Positions 14,601 to 25,100 of a stretch of 64,000 nucleotides of DNA are shown here, piece by piece. Position 1 is the first letter of the stretch, and each line of letters begins with the position of its first letter. Position numbers and translations under genes: made by a program. The DNA is from Macrostomum hystrix (lineage: Eukaryota; Animalia; Platyhelminthes): NCBI GenBank assembly GCA_950097015.1, contig CATNEN010000041.1:1860001-1924000 (forward strand), read 5' to 3'. The notes under the pieces were generated by a model. It had not been told where the DNA came from and made no database searches. It saw nothing but the letters and a program-made list of their open reading frames with translations.

Positions 14601-16224
14601 GCCTCACTCCTCTCCCTTTCCCTTTGCCTCACTCCTCTCCCTTTCCCTCTGCCTCACTCCTCTCCCTTTCCCTCTCCTCACTCCTCTCCCTTTCCCTCTG
14701 CCTCACTCCTCTCCCTTTCCCTCTGCCTCACTCCTCTCCCTTTCCCTCTGCCTCACTCCTCTCCCTTTCCCTCTGCCTCACTCCTCTCCCTTTCCCTCTG
14801 CCTCACTCCTCTCCCTTTCCCTCTGCCTCACTCCTCTCCCTTTCCCTCTGCCTCACTCCTCTCCCTTTCCCTCTGCCTCACTCCTCTCCCTTTCCCTCTG
14901 CCTCACTCCTCTCCCTTTCCCTCTGCCTCACTCCTCTCCCTTCCCTTTGCCTCACTCCTCTCCCTTTCCCTCTGCCTCACTCCTCTCCCTTTCCCTCTCT
15001 GCCTCACTCCTCTCCCTTTCCCTCTGCCTCACTCCTCTCCCTTTCCCTCTGCCTCACTCCTCTCCCTTTTCCCTCTCCTCACTCCTCTCCCTTTCCCTCT
15101 GCCTCACTCCTCTCCCTTTCCCTCTGCCTCACTCCTCTCCCTTTCCCTCTGCCTCACTCCTCTCCCTTTCCCTTTGCCTCACTCCTCTCCCTTTCCCTCT
15201 GCCTCACTCCTCTCCCTTTCCCTCTCCTCACTCCTCTCCCTTTCCCTCTGCCTCACTCCTCTCCCTTTCCCTCTGCCTCACTCCTCTCCCTTTCCCTCTG
15301 CCTCACTCCTCTCCCTTTCCCTCTGCCTCACTCCTCTCCCTTTCCCTCTGCCTCACTCCTCTCCCTTTCCCTCTGCCTCACTCCTCTCCCTTTCCCTCTG
15401 CCTCACTCCTCTCCCTTTCCCTCTGCCTCACTCCTCTCCCTTTCCCTCTGCCTCACTCCTCTCCCTTTCCCTCTCCTCACTCCTCTCCCTTTCCCTCTGC
15501 CTCACTCCTCTCCCTTTCCCTCTGCCTCACTCCACCCCCTTCCCTGTCCTCACTCCTCCACCCTTCCCTCTGCCTCACTCCTCCCCCCTTCCCTCTGCCT
15601 CACTCCTTCCCCTTCCCTCTGCCTCACTCCTCTCCCCTCTCTCCCGTTCTACCTTTCCCAGCTCTTTTCCCTAATCTTTCTTCACCTTCTCCCCAGAATA
15701 TTTCGCTTGCCTCTCATCCTTCTTTCCTGCTGTCCTCTTCCTCTTCTGTCTCTCACTGACCCTATCTTGACCTTGCCTATTAATTTTGCTGAACTCTCCC
15801 CTCCCTACCTTTCTCTCCCTTCGCAGTCTCTGAAGAATCCCACAGAGCTGTTTTATATCAATGCTTTTGCAGTCCAGCTCATTCCTCCTGCCCGCCTTTG
15901 CCCCGCAGCACGGAGATGATGCACCTGCCCTTCCAGGCGGTGGAGGGCCACCTGGCCTACGTGTCGCCGCTGCTGACTGCGGACGAGGACCCCGAAAGCC
16001 AGTTGGACTCGTTCAGCCGCCTGGTGCACGAGCAGTTCATCGGGTCGCGCCGGGTCAAATGCCAGGTGGTGTACTTTAACGATGTCAGCCAGCCGTGCGT
16101 GTACTTATACACCCGCGAGTCCCAGGCCGAGCCCTGGCGCTGCCTGCAGGAGGATCTGGTGGCCGCCGGCATCGCCCAGTGGTTCGCAGTGCCCCGCGTG
16201 CCGCCCCAGCTGCCGCAGGCGTGA
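2608..16224 (+). CDS. AKAP1: KH-domain + extended Tudor-domain protein, AKAP1/AKAP149/spoonbill-like (4 coding exons, about 420 aa)
   Basis: Exons 2608-3097, 3600-3727, 10486-10814 and 15909-16224 have GT-AG sites and consistent phases (1,0,2). KH with GxxG loop: FLIPNKLGGSMVGTRGRNINYIRAKSGASVWI...VRG|PVNCVKIALQVIKKRF. Tudor: LFVQQPTHPSYHHL...CVAPFGSAWYRAII...YLDWGGY...LKQIR|TEMMHLPFQAVE...LVAAGIAQW. This closely parallels AKAP1 (HLFVQQHTHPTFHAL...WWRAQV...YVDYGGY...LRQIRSDFVTLPFQ...LVERGLAQW). The start ATG is uncertain and an upstream exon is possible. Confidence 0.88.
3195..3315. repeat. Short 21-bp pyrimidine-rich tandem repeat in AKAP1-like intron 1
   Basis: About 6 copies of TTTCCCATCTCCTCTCTCACA-like units. 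Confidence 0.85.
4065..4400. repeat. 32-bp minisatellite
   Basis: About 10 copies of GAGGGTAATAATGACCGATCAAACACCTGTTA. Confidence 0.9.
4950..6095. repeat. 19-bp minisatellite
   Basis: Unit CTCATCTCCTATCTCCCC(A/T). It explains the spurious ORF 4829-6298 with its 19-aa period. Confidence 0.95.
6755..7665. repeat. 18-bp minisatellite
   Basis: Unit GATAGATGAGGCAGGGCA with variants. It explains the (LSALPH)n ORF. Confidence 0.95.
9450..9710. repeat. 16-17-bp minisatellite
   Basis: Unit CCCAGACTTCACAATC(C). Confidence 0.9.
10848..11290. repeat. 21-bp minisatellite just after the donor of AKAP1-like exon 3
   Basis: Unit GATTGTCATATCTAACAGGTG, about 21 copies. Confidence 0.95.
11872..12728. repeat. 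16-bp minisatellite
   Basis: Unit CCCAATGTCTACACTA. Confidence 0.95.
13570..15640. repeat. 25-bp polypyrimidine minisatellite (about 2 kb) upstream of the last AKAP1-like exon
   Basis: Unit TTTCCCTCTGCCTCACTCCTCTCCC. Confidence 0.95.
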
Positions 16225-16569
16225 CCTCGGGTGACCCCAGTAGCTGAGCCCTGATCCTCAGGTGCTTATATATTCAATCGCTTTACCTGGCCTGCTAAAC
16301 AGTCTGAATTTATTTATCGTTTTTCTATTTCTATGGTGACATTTTCATAAATTAGTGTTTTTTCTGGGCTGATATTTTGACCACCTAGTGTTGTCAATCT
16401 ATTAGATATGAGATTTTTGACAGTTTATTTATCTCTTCGATATTTTCAAGTTTCTGTGTGGGATTTCAAAGATTCTGTCTCACCCAATATGAGATTTTAA
16501 GAATTATATTTTATCTGGGGTGAGATTTTGAGAACCAAAAAACTATATAGTGCGAGATTTTGAGAACCC

Positions 16570-16750
16570 ATTACAATCTAGGGTGATATTGTGAGAATCC
16601 AGTACAATCTAGGGTGAGATTTTAAGAATCCAGTACAATCTAGGGTGAGATTTTGAGAATCCAGTACAATCTAGGGTGAGATTTTAAGAATCCAGTACAA
16701 TCTAGGGTGAGATTTTGAGAATCCAGTACAATCTAGGGTGAGATTTTGAG
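16570..16750. repeat. 31-bp minisatellite
   Basis: Unit TCTAGGGTGAGATTTTGAGAATCCAGTACAA, about 6 copies. Confidence 0.9.
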
Positions 16751-17939
16751 AACCAATCTAGTTTGAGACATCGAGTTGTTATCCAGTGTGGTGGCGGCTG
16801 CTGCAGGCCAGGAAACATTTTGCACTCGCTCATTATTCAGTCATTCTTGCGCACCCCAACCCCAGACTTGTTCACCCATCTGCTTTCTAATCATCCTAAG
16901 ATGCTTTTTGGTTTTAACAAATGTCTTTAGCTAAATTTTTTTTATTCTTATCGGTCTAATTTCTCGTTTCACTCTTTTTGTTGCTACTGCGTGTTTTTTT
17001 CGTTTGCTTGTGAGTTTATCAGTGTGTTTATCCGTTAGTTTATGAGTTTATCAGTGTGTTTATTCTTTTGTTTATGAGTTTATCAGTGCGTTTATCTGCA
17101 TTTGCCGCCTAACCCAAGCTTATGATTTAAGCCCATTGCTCTGAATTATGGAATATTATCTATTTTCTAATCAATTTATTCAATTCTTATCTATTTAAAT
17201 GTGTTGTATTTGTCTGTAACCATGGTGACGGATGTTTATATCTATTTATTTTGCTGTCTGTTTACCCTAGCGCATTGGTGTTAAGCTTGTCCATTGTGTG
17301 CCTGTCCAGATGGCGTCAATATTTCATTATTATCCGCCTTTTATATCGCCTCACTAATGCTGAAAATGTCCTTACCGCTCTACCGACTGCCGATTAGCAG
17401 TAGCATGCTGCGAATTCTAGCTGTCATTTCTGATTTCACATTAATTGCATTGCCGAGTGGCACTGATTTAGTTGATCGCATATTGGAAAGTTTGAGCACT
17501 ATTAATGCCTCAGACTCGCATTCTTAAACATGCTCCCCCACCTGGCTAGCTTTAACTTCCTTTGTTACCTTCCTTTGTCTGCTTTCCTAGGTTTGAGCCT
17601 ATGCTGATAAAACACTCACGGCTTTTGTAATTCTAATCCGAACCGCAATGCAAATCGTTTCCAGGAGTTGCCGGCTACTCAAGCTCATTTTTTAGCTTTC
17701 AAGTGAATTTTATCAATCGCGCGCTGATTTCATTACTAACCAAGCTTTATTCAAGTAGTACAATGTGACATTTGTTTGACATTTTTCTATGCTTCGGGAC
17801 GTTCTTACCTACTTTGTTGCTTTATGACTGAATCACATGAACAGTTTAAGCACATCTTTGAGTCCTGTATATTCAAAACGGATGAAAATATGGTGCCAAC
17901 TCTAGGCATGGGCATAAAGCAAAAGCATAGTTTAAGCCC

Positions 17940-18045
17940 ATTTCTGAGCATAGTTTTGAGTATAGTTTTGAGCACACTTTTGAGCATAGTTTTCAGCACA
18001 CTTCTAAGCCTAGTTTTCAGCACACTTCTAAGCATAGTTTTGAGC
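17940..18045. repeat. Imperfect ~24-bp tandem repeat
   Basis: TTTTGAGCACACTTCTAAGCATAG-like units, about 4 copies. Confidence 0.7.
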
Positions 18046-18451
18046 ACGCTCCGAGTATAATTTTAGCACTATCGTTGTTGCCAGTTGCTTTAACCACTTT
18101 TTCAATTATTGCTTCAGTGATTTGTGTTTCTGCTTTTGCGCAATTTATTTTCTGTTGCGAGTGGCTTCATTGAATTTTCGGTAAATCCGCAAGCCTCAGT
18201 GGGTTCGTGTTTCTGTCTGCAATGGGCAATCCTGCATTCTTGTATACAGTCTCGCTGCACCAGCTTTTTCATGCTGTTTATCTCCCAGTTTTTTGGGGTC
18301 TTCGCTGTAACCCAGACTTGTATGTCTTCTTCTATTTTTTGGGCTCCTCAGGGAGTCACCGCTTGAAGTTTTTTCTCTCCTGTGCCTGATCCATTGGTGG
18401 GGAGGCCCCCACTGCAATCGAAATAGGAAATTCCCCATCTGGAGATTTTCC

Positions 18452-19770
18452 CAGTCAGTAGCGCATACCACTGAGTAGTATAGTTGGGATCTGCAGTCAG
18501 TAGCACATAACACTGAGTAGTATAGCTGGGATCTGCAGTCAGTAGCACATAACACTGAGTAGTACAGCTGGGATCTGCAGTCAGTAGCACATAACACTGA
18601 GTAGTATAGCTGGGATCTGCAGTCAGAAGCACATACCACTGAGTAGTATAGCTGGGATCTGCAGTCAGTAGCACATACCACTGAGTAGTATAGCTGGGAT
18701 CTGCAGTCAGTAGCACATACCACTGAGTAGTATAGCTGGGATCTGCAGTCAGTAGCGCATACCACTGAGTAGTATAGCTGGGATCTGCAGTCAGTAGCAC
18801 ATAACACTGAGTAGTATAGCTGGGATCTGCAGTCAGTAGCACATAACACTGAGTAGTATAGCTGGGATCTGCAGTCAGTAGCACATAACACTGAGTAGTA
18901 TAGCTGGGATCTGCAGTCAGTAGCACATACCACTGAGTAGTATAGCTGGGATCTGCAGTCAGTAGCGCATACCACTGAGTAGTATAGCTGGGATCTGCAG
19001 TCAGTAGCACATAACACTGAGTAGTATAGCTGGGATCTGCAGTCAGTAGCACATAACACTGAGTAGTATAGCTGGGATCTGCACTCAGTAGCACATACCA
19101 CTGAGTAGTATAGCTGGGATCTGCAGTCAGTAGCACATAACACTGAGTAGTATAGCTGGGATCTGCAGTCAGTAGCGCATACCACTGAGTAGTATAGCTG
19201 GGATCTGCAGTCAGTAGCACATAACACTGAGTAGTACAGCTGGGATCTGCAGTCAGTAGCACATAACACTGAGTAGTATAGCTGGGATCTGCAGTCAGAA
19301 GCACATACCACTGAGTAGTATAGCTGGGATCTGCAGTCAGTAGCACATACCACTGAGTAGTATAGCTGGGATCTGCAGTCAGTAGCACATACCACTGAGT
19401 AGTATAGCTGGGATCTGCAGTCAGTAGCGCATACCACTGAGTAGTATAGCTGGGATCTGCAGTCAGTAGCACATAACACTGAGTAGTATAGCTGGGATCT
19501 GCAGTCAGTAGCGCATACCACTGAGTAGTATAGCTGGGATCTGCAGTCAGTAGCACATACCACTGAGTAGTATAGCTGGGATCTGCAGTCAGTAGCACAT
19601 AACACTGAGTAGTATAGCTGGGATCTGCAGTCAGTAGCACATAACACTGAGTAGTATAGCTGGGATCTGCAGTCAGTAGCACATAACACTGAGTAGTATA
19701 GCTGGGATCTGCAGTCAGTAGCACATACCACTGAGTAGTATAGCTGGGATCTGCAGTCAGTAGCACATAA
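18452..19770. repeat. 42-bp minisatellite
   Basis: Unit CTGCAGTCAGTAGCACATA(A/C)CACTGAGTAGTATAGCTGGGAT, about 31 copies. Confidence 0.95.
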
Positions 19771-20084
19771 CTACTGAGCAGTATAGGGGATCGGATAAGA
19801 GCGTTAGCCACTTCCTTTTACGTGCTTGAGCCTCTATAGTAAAGAGCTCATATTTTCCCACGGTGTCTTCTAAATGCCTAAATTGTTTATTTCGAATTGA
19901 TTTCTCACTCCCTAAACTACTACCGACCGCCCTGATTACAAGTACTATGCGTAGCACATGCTTTACTTTAGCGCACCCTCTAGTGTTCAATTGTACAAAC
20001 ATTTTGAGACTAACAAAATTTTGGAAAGTAAAAATATTGTGTTTAAACTATTTTCCTCGCCTCTTTTTGCCCCTCAGGTGTGGT

Positions 20085-20245
20085 GTCACTGCTACTGCTA
20101 GTAGTGAGGCATGCCAGTGCTGTCACTGCTACTGCTAGTAGTGAGGCATGCCAGTGCTGTCACTGCTACTGCTAGTAGTGAGGCATGCCAGTGCTGTCAC
20201 TGCTACTGCTAGTAGTGGGGCATGCCAGTGCTGTCACTGCTACTA
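20085..20245. repeat. 37-bp tandem repeat
   Basis: Unit GTGCTGTCACTGCTACTGCTAGTAGTGAGGCATGCCA, about 4 copies. Confidence 0.9.
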
Positions 20246-20669
20246 CATGAGTTGACTAATGCATCTGCCTCCCATTTCATCCCTACTCACCCTATTGTTT
20301 CTATGGCAACTGAAAATTCGATTCGGCATCATTTTTGTTCCCGAAATTTCAGTCACACTCAGCGGCTTTTATCCCACAGTGTTTTCTGTTTTCCTTTGTT
20401 TTTTTCTGCTTTGCAAAGAAAGAGAATCCTCCCTATACTACTGTCAGCGGCTGAGAAACTCCGTGCTCTGCTTGGCGTTGGTGCGGGTTAGTTGAGTGTC
20501 TCCTGTCTTTTATGGCTAAATTTTTTTCAAGCAAAAATTATATTTTTAAAGCAGTTTTTTCTGTGAGTGAAAATTGAAATTCCAAAAATCGATTTTTTCG
20601 TTTCAAAACAAAATTCGAAATGTCTTTGGCCTTCGTAATTTGATTGCCTGTCTTCTGCTTTGGGAATGT

Positions 20670-20885
20670 AAGATTCAGTCAGTGGGAGTAGGAGATTCAG
20701 TCAGTGGGAGTAGGAGATTCAGTCAGTGGGAGTAGGAGATTCAGTCAGTGGGAGTAGGAGATTCAGTCAGTGGGAGTAGGAGATTCAGTCAGTGGGAGTA
20801 GGAGATTCAGTCAGTGGGAGTAGGAGATTCAGTCAGTGGGAGTAGGAGATTCAGTCAGTGGGAGTAGGAGATTCAGTCAGTGGCA
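20670..20885. repeat. 22-bp minisatellite
   Basis: Unit AGATTCAGTCAGTGGGAGTAGG, about 10 copies. Confidence 0.92.
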
Positions 20886-21237
20886 GTTGCCGCCACAGCT
20901 TGATTCCGCGGTGAGGCCACATTCATTTCAAGCGCAGCAGGGCTTGTCGTGCAATTTACGCCCTTGAGGGCCAACCTCCAAGGCACAGTGAAGTGTACAC
21001 TGCCTGACGATGAGAAAGTCAGGGCAGATGTACGCACCTGTGTGAGTGTGTGCCTGCGTACAGTATCTGTGTGCGTGTGTGCGCAGGAGTCAGCGAAATG
21101 GGCAGAATTGCCTCCTCGCTGGCTGCAGGTCTAGTGTCACCAAATGATGTGCCATTGCCCTCAGCCCTCCTGCCCACAGCCCTTGTTATTATTTCCCGGA
21201 TAAAGAAAATATTCTGGCTCAGCCGGGGCTCAGGTCC

Positions 21238-21383
21238 TAGCCCCTAAGCCTAGCCCTAACCCTAGCCCTAACCCTAGCCCTAACCCTAGCCCTAACCCTA
21301 GCCCTAAGCATAGCCCTAACCCTAGCCCTAACCCTAGCCCTAACCCTAGCCCTAACCCTAGCCCTAAGCCTAGCCCTAACCCC
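21238..21383. repeat. Interstitial telomere-like repeat (CCCTAA/CCCTAG alternating)
   Basis: (CCCTAACCCTAG)n, about 12 copies. The reverse strand reads CTAGGGTTAGGG. Confidence 0.85.
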
Positions 21384-22148
21384 AAAGCCGGTAAATCAGC
21401 TAAAATGACAAACAGTGGAGCAGGGGCTGCAGCGGAGACACGTCAGTCCTTTGTCGGTCAAGTTGGATCAAAATCAGCGCCAGCTCAGTCTGTCTGCGCT
21501 GGCTTAATAAGGCTTTATTTAGTAAAATAAATCATTCCAATGATAGACGGAGTAGTCATTTAGAATGTGCTCACAAGAATTGTTAAATAAAAAGCAATAC
21601 TCTTTCTATTAAAACTCAAAGTTAAGACTAAGCAGTTCTTAGTTTTTTTAGTTTAGTGCACGAGGCACTTCAGTGAGTTGCCCCGATGACAGGTGAGGCA
21701 ACTTCGACGGTAAGTTACACAGTTAAAGCTGTTTGAAGTGCAAAAAAGAGATCTTGTTCAGGTAGAGTCGCACAGCAGTAGCAGAAGAAATACAATCTAA
21801 TAAGTAGGTAGACTAATTTTACAGCTTCACACTGCGAGATTTCCTCCTCAAAGAAAAGTAGAAGAGATATAAAGAATGATGCAAAAGCCTCAGAAATATT
21901 ATCACGTGTTGGTATAGTATTTAGTCAGCAACCAATTATAACAATATATATTTTCAGTGCAAGAAGATCTTAACAATTGCAGATAGAAATAAGCTCAAGT
22001 ATTGGGAGAATGAGAAAAACTGTAGAAATATTCAGCTGTTTGAAGCGTTGGTAAGTACATGTTTGTTTGTTGGTTTGTTTGTTTGTTTCGGCTCTAAGCT
22101 CTTCAGCAGTGGATTCACATCCAGACTGCTCTACTGCCTTGCGGCCTG

Positions 22149-25100
22149 TCAGTAGTACGCATTGCGCATCTGAATCAGCTTCTCCAGGCAGCGCCAGTGG
22201 CCGGGCGGGAATTTGGCCTCCGACTTGTGCGACAGCTCCGTCCAGCGAGGACGGCACTTCGGGTCCAGCTGCGGGCGGCGCGGGCGGAGAACTTGAGGTA
22301 ACAGTCAGCACCTGCTCTCACCGCACTCACTATCCCACTCCAGCACCTACACACTGGATGTGTCTCAGACACCTCCTGTCTGCGGACTGTCCATCAGGTA
22401 TTATCTATGGACTCTCAACCAGAACTTGTCTATGGACTCTCGACTAGAACTTGTCTATGGACGACCCCGCGGACTCTCACCTTGAGCCGCACGCCGTCCC
22501 ACAGCCCGCCGGACTCGTCGTGCAGGCAGAAGGCGCGCAGCTCCAGCCAGGCGTTGTCCGTGTTCCTCTCATCGTCCAGGTAGGCGCCACCGAATCCGGC
22601 GCCGGCAGCCCGGGCGGCCTCGGACAGTCCCGACGCCGCCGCCTCCGGGACAGTCAGCTGAGCATCGGCCAGCAGCTGGCCACAGTCTGCGTCGATGGGC
22701 AGGCGACGTGCCGGCAGCTCCGGAGCTCTGTAGCCGCCGTCGTCCGCAGCTGGCAGCGCCAGGAGCTCCAAGGCGCGCTTGCCGCGGCGCTCCCGCTCCG
22801 ACCAGCGGGTGACGAGCAGCAGGACGCGGTGGTTCGGGCCCCAGGCCGGCAGGCGGCCGCGGCCCGACAGTCCAGTTCGCCCGGCCGGGTTCAACGGACG
22901 GCCGGTGCCCGCCTCCAGGCCGTAGGGGGCGCCGGTCAGGCTGCGGCGTTCCGTGCCGCTGGCCACATCGAACGAGTTGAAGGCCAGCCTGCGGGCGGAG
23001 CGAGTGGATTTAGACTCATCCACACCTCCTACCTGCTCTCCGATCCTCAGAACGGTCCTCATTCAAATATCGAAAGATCCCAGTAAAGCACAAAGGATCC
23101 TAGATCTCAGATCCCAAATCATAGATCTCAGATACCAGAAATCAGCTCCCCCACATTCCCCACACAGACCCCAGATCCCCTGACCATAGATCCCCTGACC
23201 CCAGATCCCTTGACCCCAGATCCCCTGACCCCAGATCCCCTGACCCCAGATCCCCTGACCCCAGATCCCCTGACCCCAGATCCCCTGACCCCAGATCCCC
23301 TGACCCCAGATCCCCTGACCCCAGATCCCCTGACCCCAGATCCCCTGACCCCAGATCCCCTGACCCCAGATCCCACCCAGAGTTCCCATGTCGGCCCCAG
23401 AAGATCCCAAGTTCTCCTTACCCCTTCGGATCGTCGCCGTCGACTTTTCCGTCTGCCTCGCCCTCCAGCGGGTCCGTGCTGAAGTCATGCGGCCGGTAGC
23501 CTCCGGGCAGGTCGACGGTCCAGTTCAGCTGCTCTGGTCGCAGCGGCAGCCGCTCCGGACCGCCAGGACCCAGATATGGCGACGTTAGCGCCAGCGAATG
23601 TCCCGGAGCTCCTCCGCTGCCAACGTTGCCACCACCACTGCCGCCGCGCCTGCTGAATGACGGCTCCATGGACTCGCCGTCGCCTTCGGGCTCGCGGGAT
23701 CGGCTGTGGCCGGTCCGCTTGCGGTGGCCCGGAGAGCCTGCAGGCAGTGGGGGCTCGGCTGCTCAGGCATTTGTTATTTGTCCCCTGCCTTACAGTGGGA
23801 CTTTACCGGCTGGCAAATCATCGCCACCAGTTATACATTTGTCTCCTCACTAGCTAGAAAGTTTTCTAGCTAACTAGTTTTCTAATCAGAAAGAGGGAAG
23901 AGAGAACTAGATTAAACTGAACGAAGTAAACAAGAGGAGTGCAGAAAAAGGAGTGAATCAGGGGGTGGATCACAGCGATGAAGCTACACAAGAAAAGAAG
24001 AAGCGTTTCTTTCCGAATTGTTTTTGTTTCTTTGCAAGTAATCGAAATAGATCACTCGCCAAGCAGTTACGCAGAATTTAGTTACGAATGAACCTACTAC
24101 AAGTAGTGCACATAGCTTTACGAAGCTGAGAACTGAGAAATTCTCTGCAAAGTCGCGCATCACACTGCAAACAAAATGAGCCAGCCACAACTTACCTCCA
24201 GCTCCGGCGCTGTCGGTCGCGGCCTTCAGAGCCTGAACAGCGGTCAGCAGGCTGGCCAGGGTGTTGGTCACATTCTCGAACTGGCGATGGCGGTGGGGGC
24301 GGGTGAGGATATGCTCAGAGGGTGAAGAGTACTTAGAAATCGGATCAGCCAATCAGAAGGATGCGCAGCCTCACCTTGCCCTCCAGACGGCTGATTCTGT
24401 CAGCGACCTCCGGCGACATTTTCGCCACGACCGCCTGAGGCTGCTGCGGAGTCTGCGGCGGCGGCGGCGGCGGCAACGCCGCCAACGGCTGGGAGCCGCC
24501 CGATGTCGAAGTTGCGGCGATGACAGTGGGCTGATGGTCGACTTTCTTGGAAATGGCGGACAGCCTGGAAAATTTTGTGGATCGAGTGGTTTTAGTTTTG
24601 AGATCAGGAATTCGGGAAGAATCTGGGATTCGGGAAGAATCTGGGATTCGGGAAGAATCTGGGATTCGGGAAGAATCTGGGATTCGGGAAGAATCTGGGA
24701 TTCGGGAAGAATCTGGGATTTGGAAAGAATCTGGGATTTATCACTGACTGGTCGTTGCACTTCCTCAGGATGTGAGCCTCGGTCTCGCTGCTGGCCTTCT
24801 TAATTCGGCGTGTCAGCTCCAGGATGTGCAGGCACTCCCAGTTCTTCAGCTGCCGATCAACAGACTCAGAGAATCGGTGCTCTGTGATAATGATAAAGCA
24901 ACGGGCTACTTTCCGATATGTATCGAAAAAAAGTTTCGAAGCTACTGTAAAGCTAGTAAAAGAGTCTCCAAGGAATAATGTGTTGCATTTCGAGCCAATT
25001 GATCTCTTGCTTTTCAAGCATTCAAAAATATTGCAACCGATATGTATCGAAATTCCCCGTTAGCAGTCAATTTTAAGAACCAGACGATATGTATCGAAAT

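Noticed and set aside
4829-19811. Long ORFs such as 4829-6298, 6734-7705, 11776-12858, 13452-15919 and 18196-19811 as repeat proteins
   Set aside because: Each coincides with a tandem DNA repeat lacking stops in several frames at once. Most lie in introns of the AKAP1-like gene, and the rest are intergenic.
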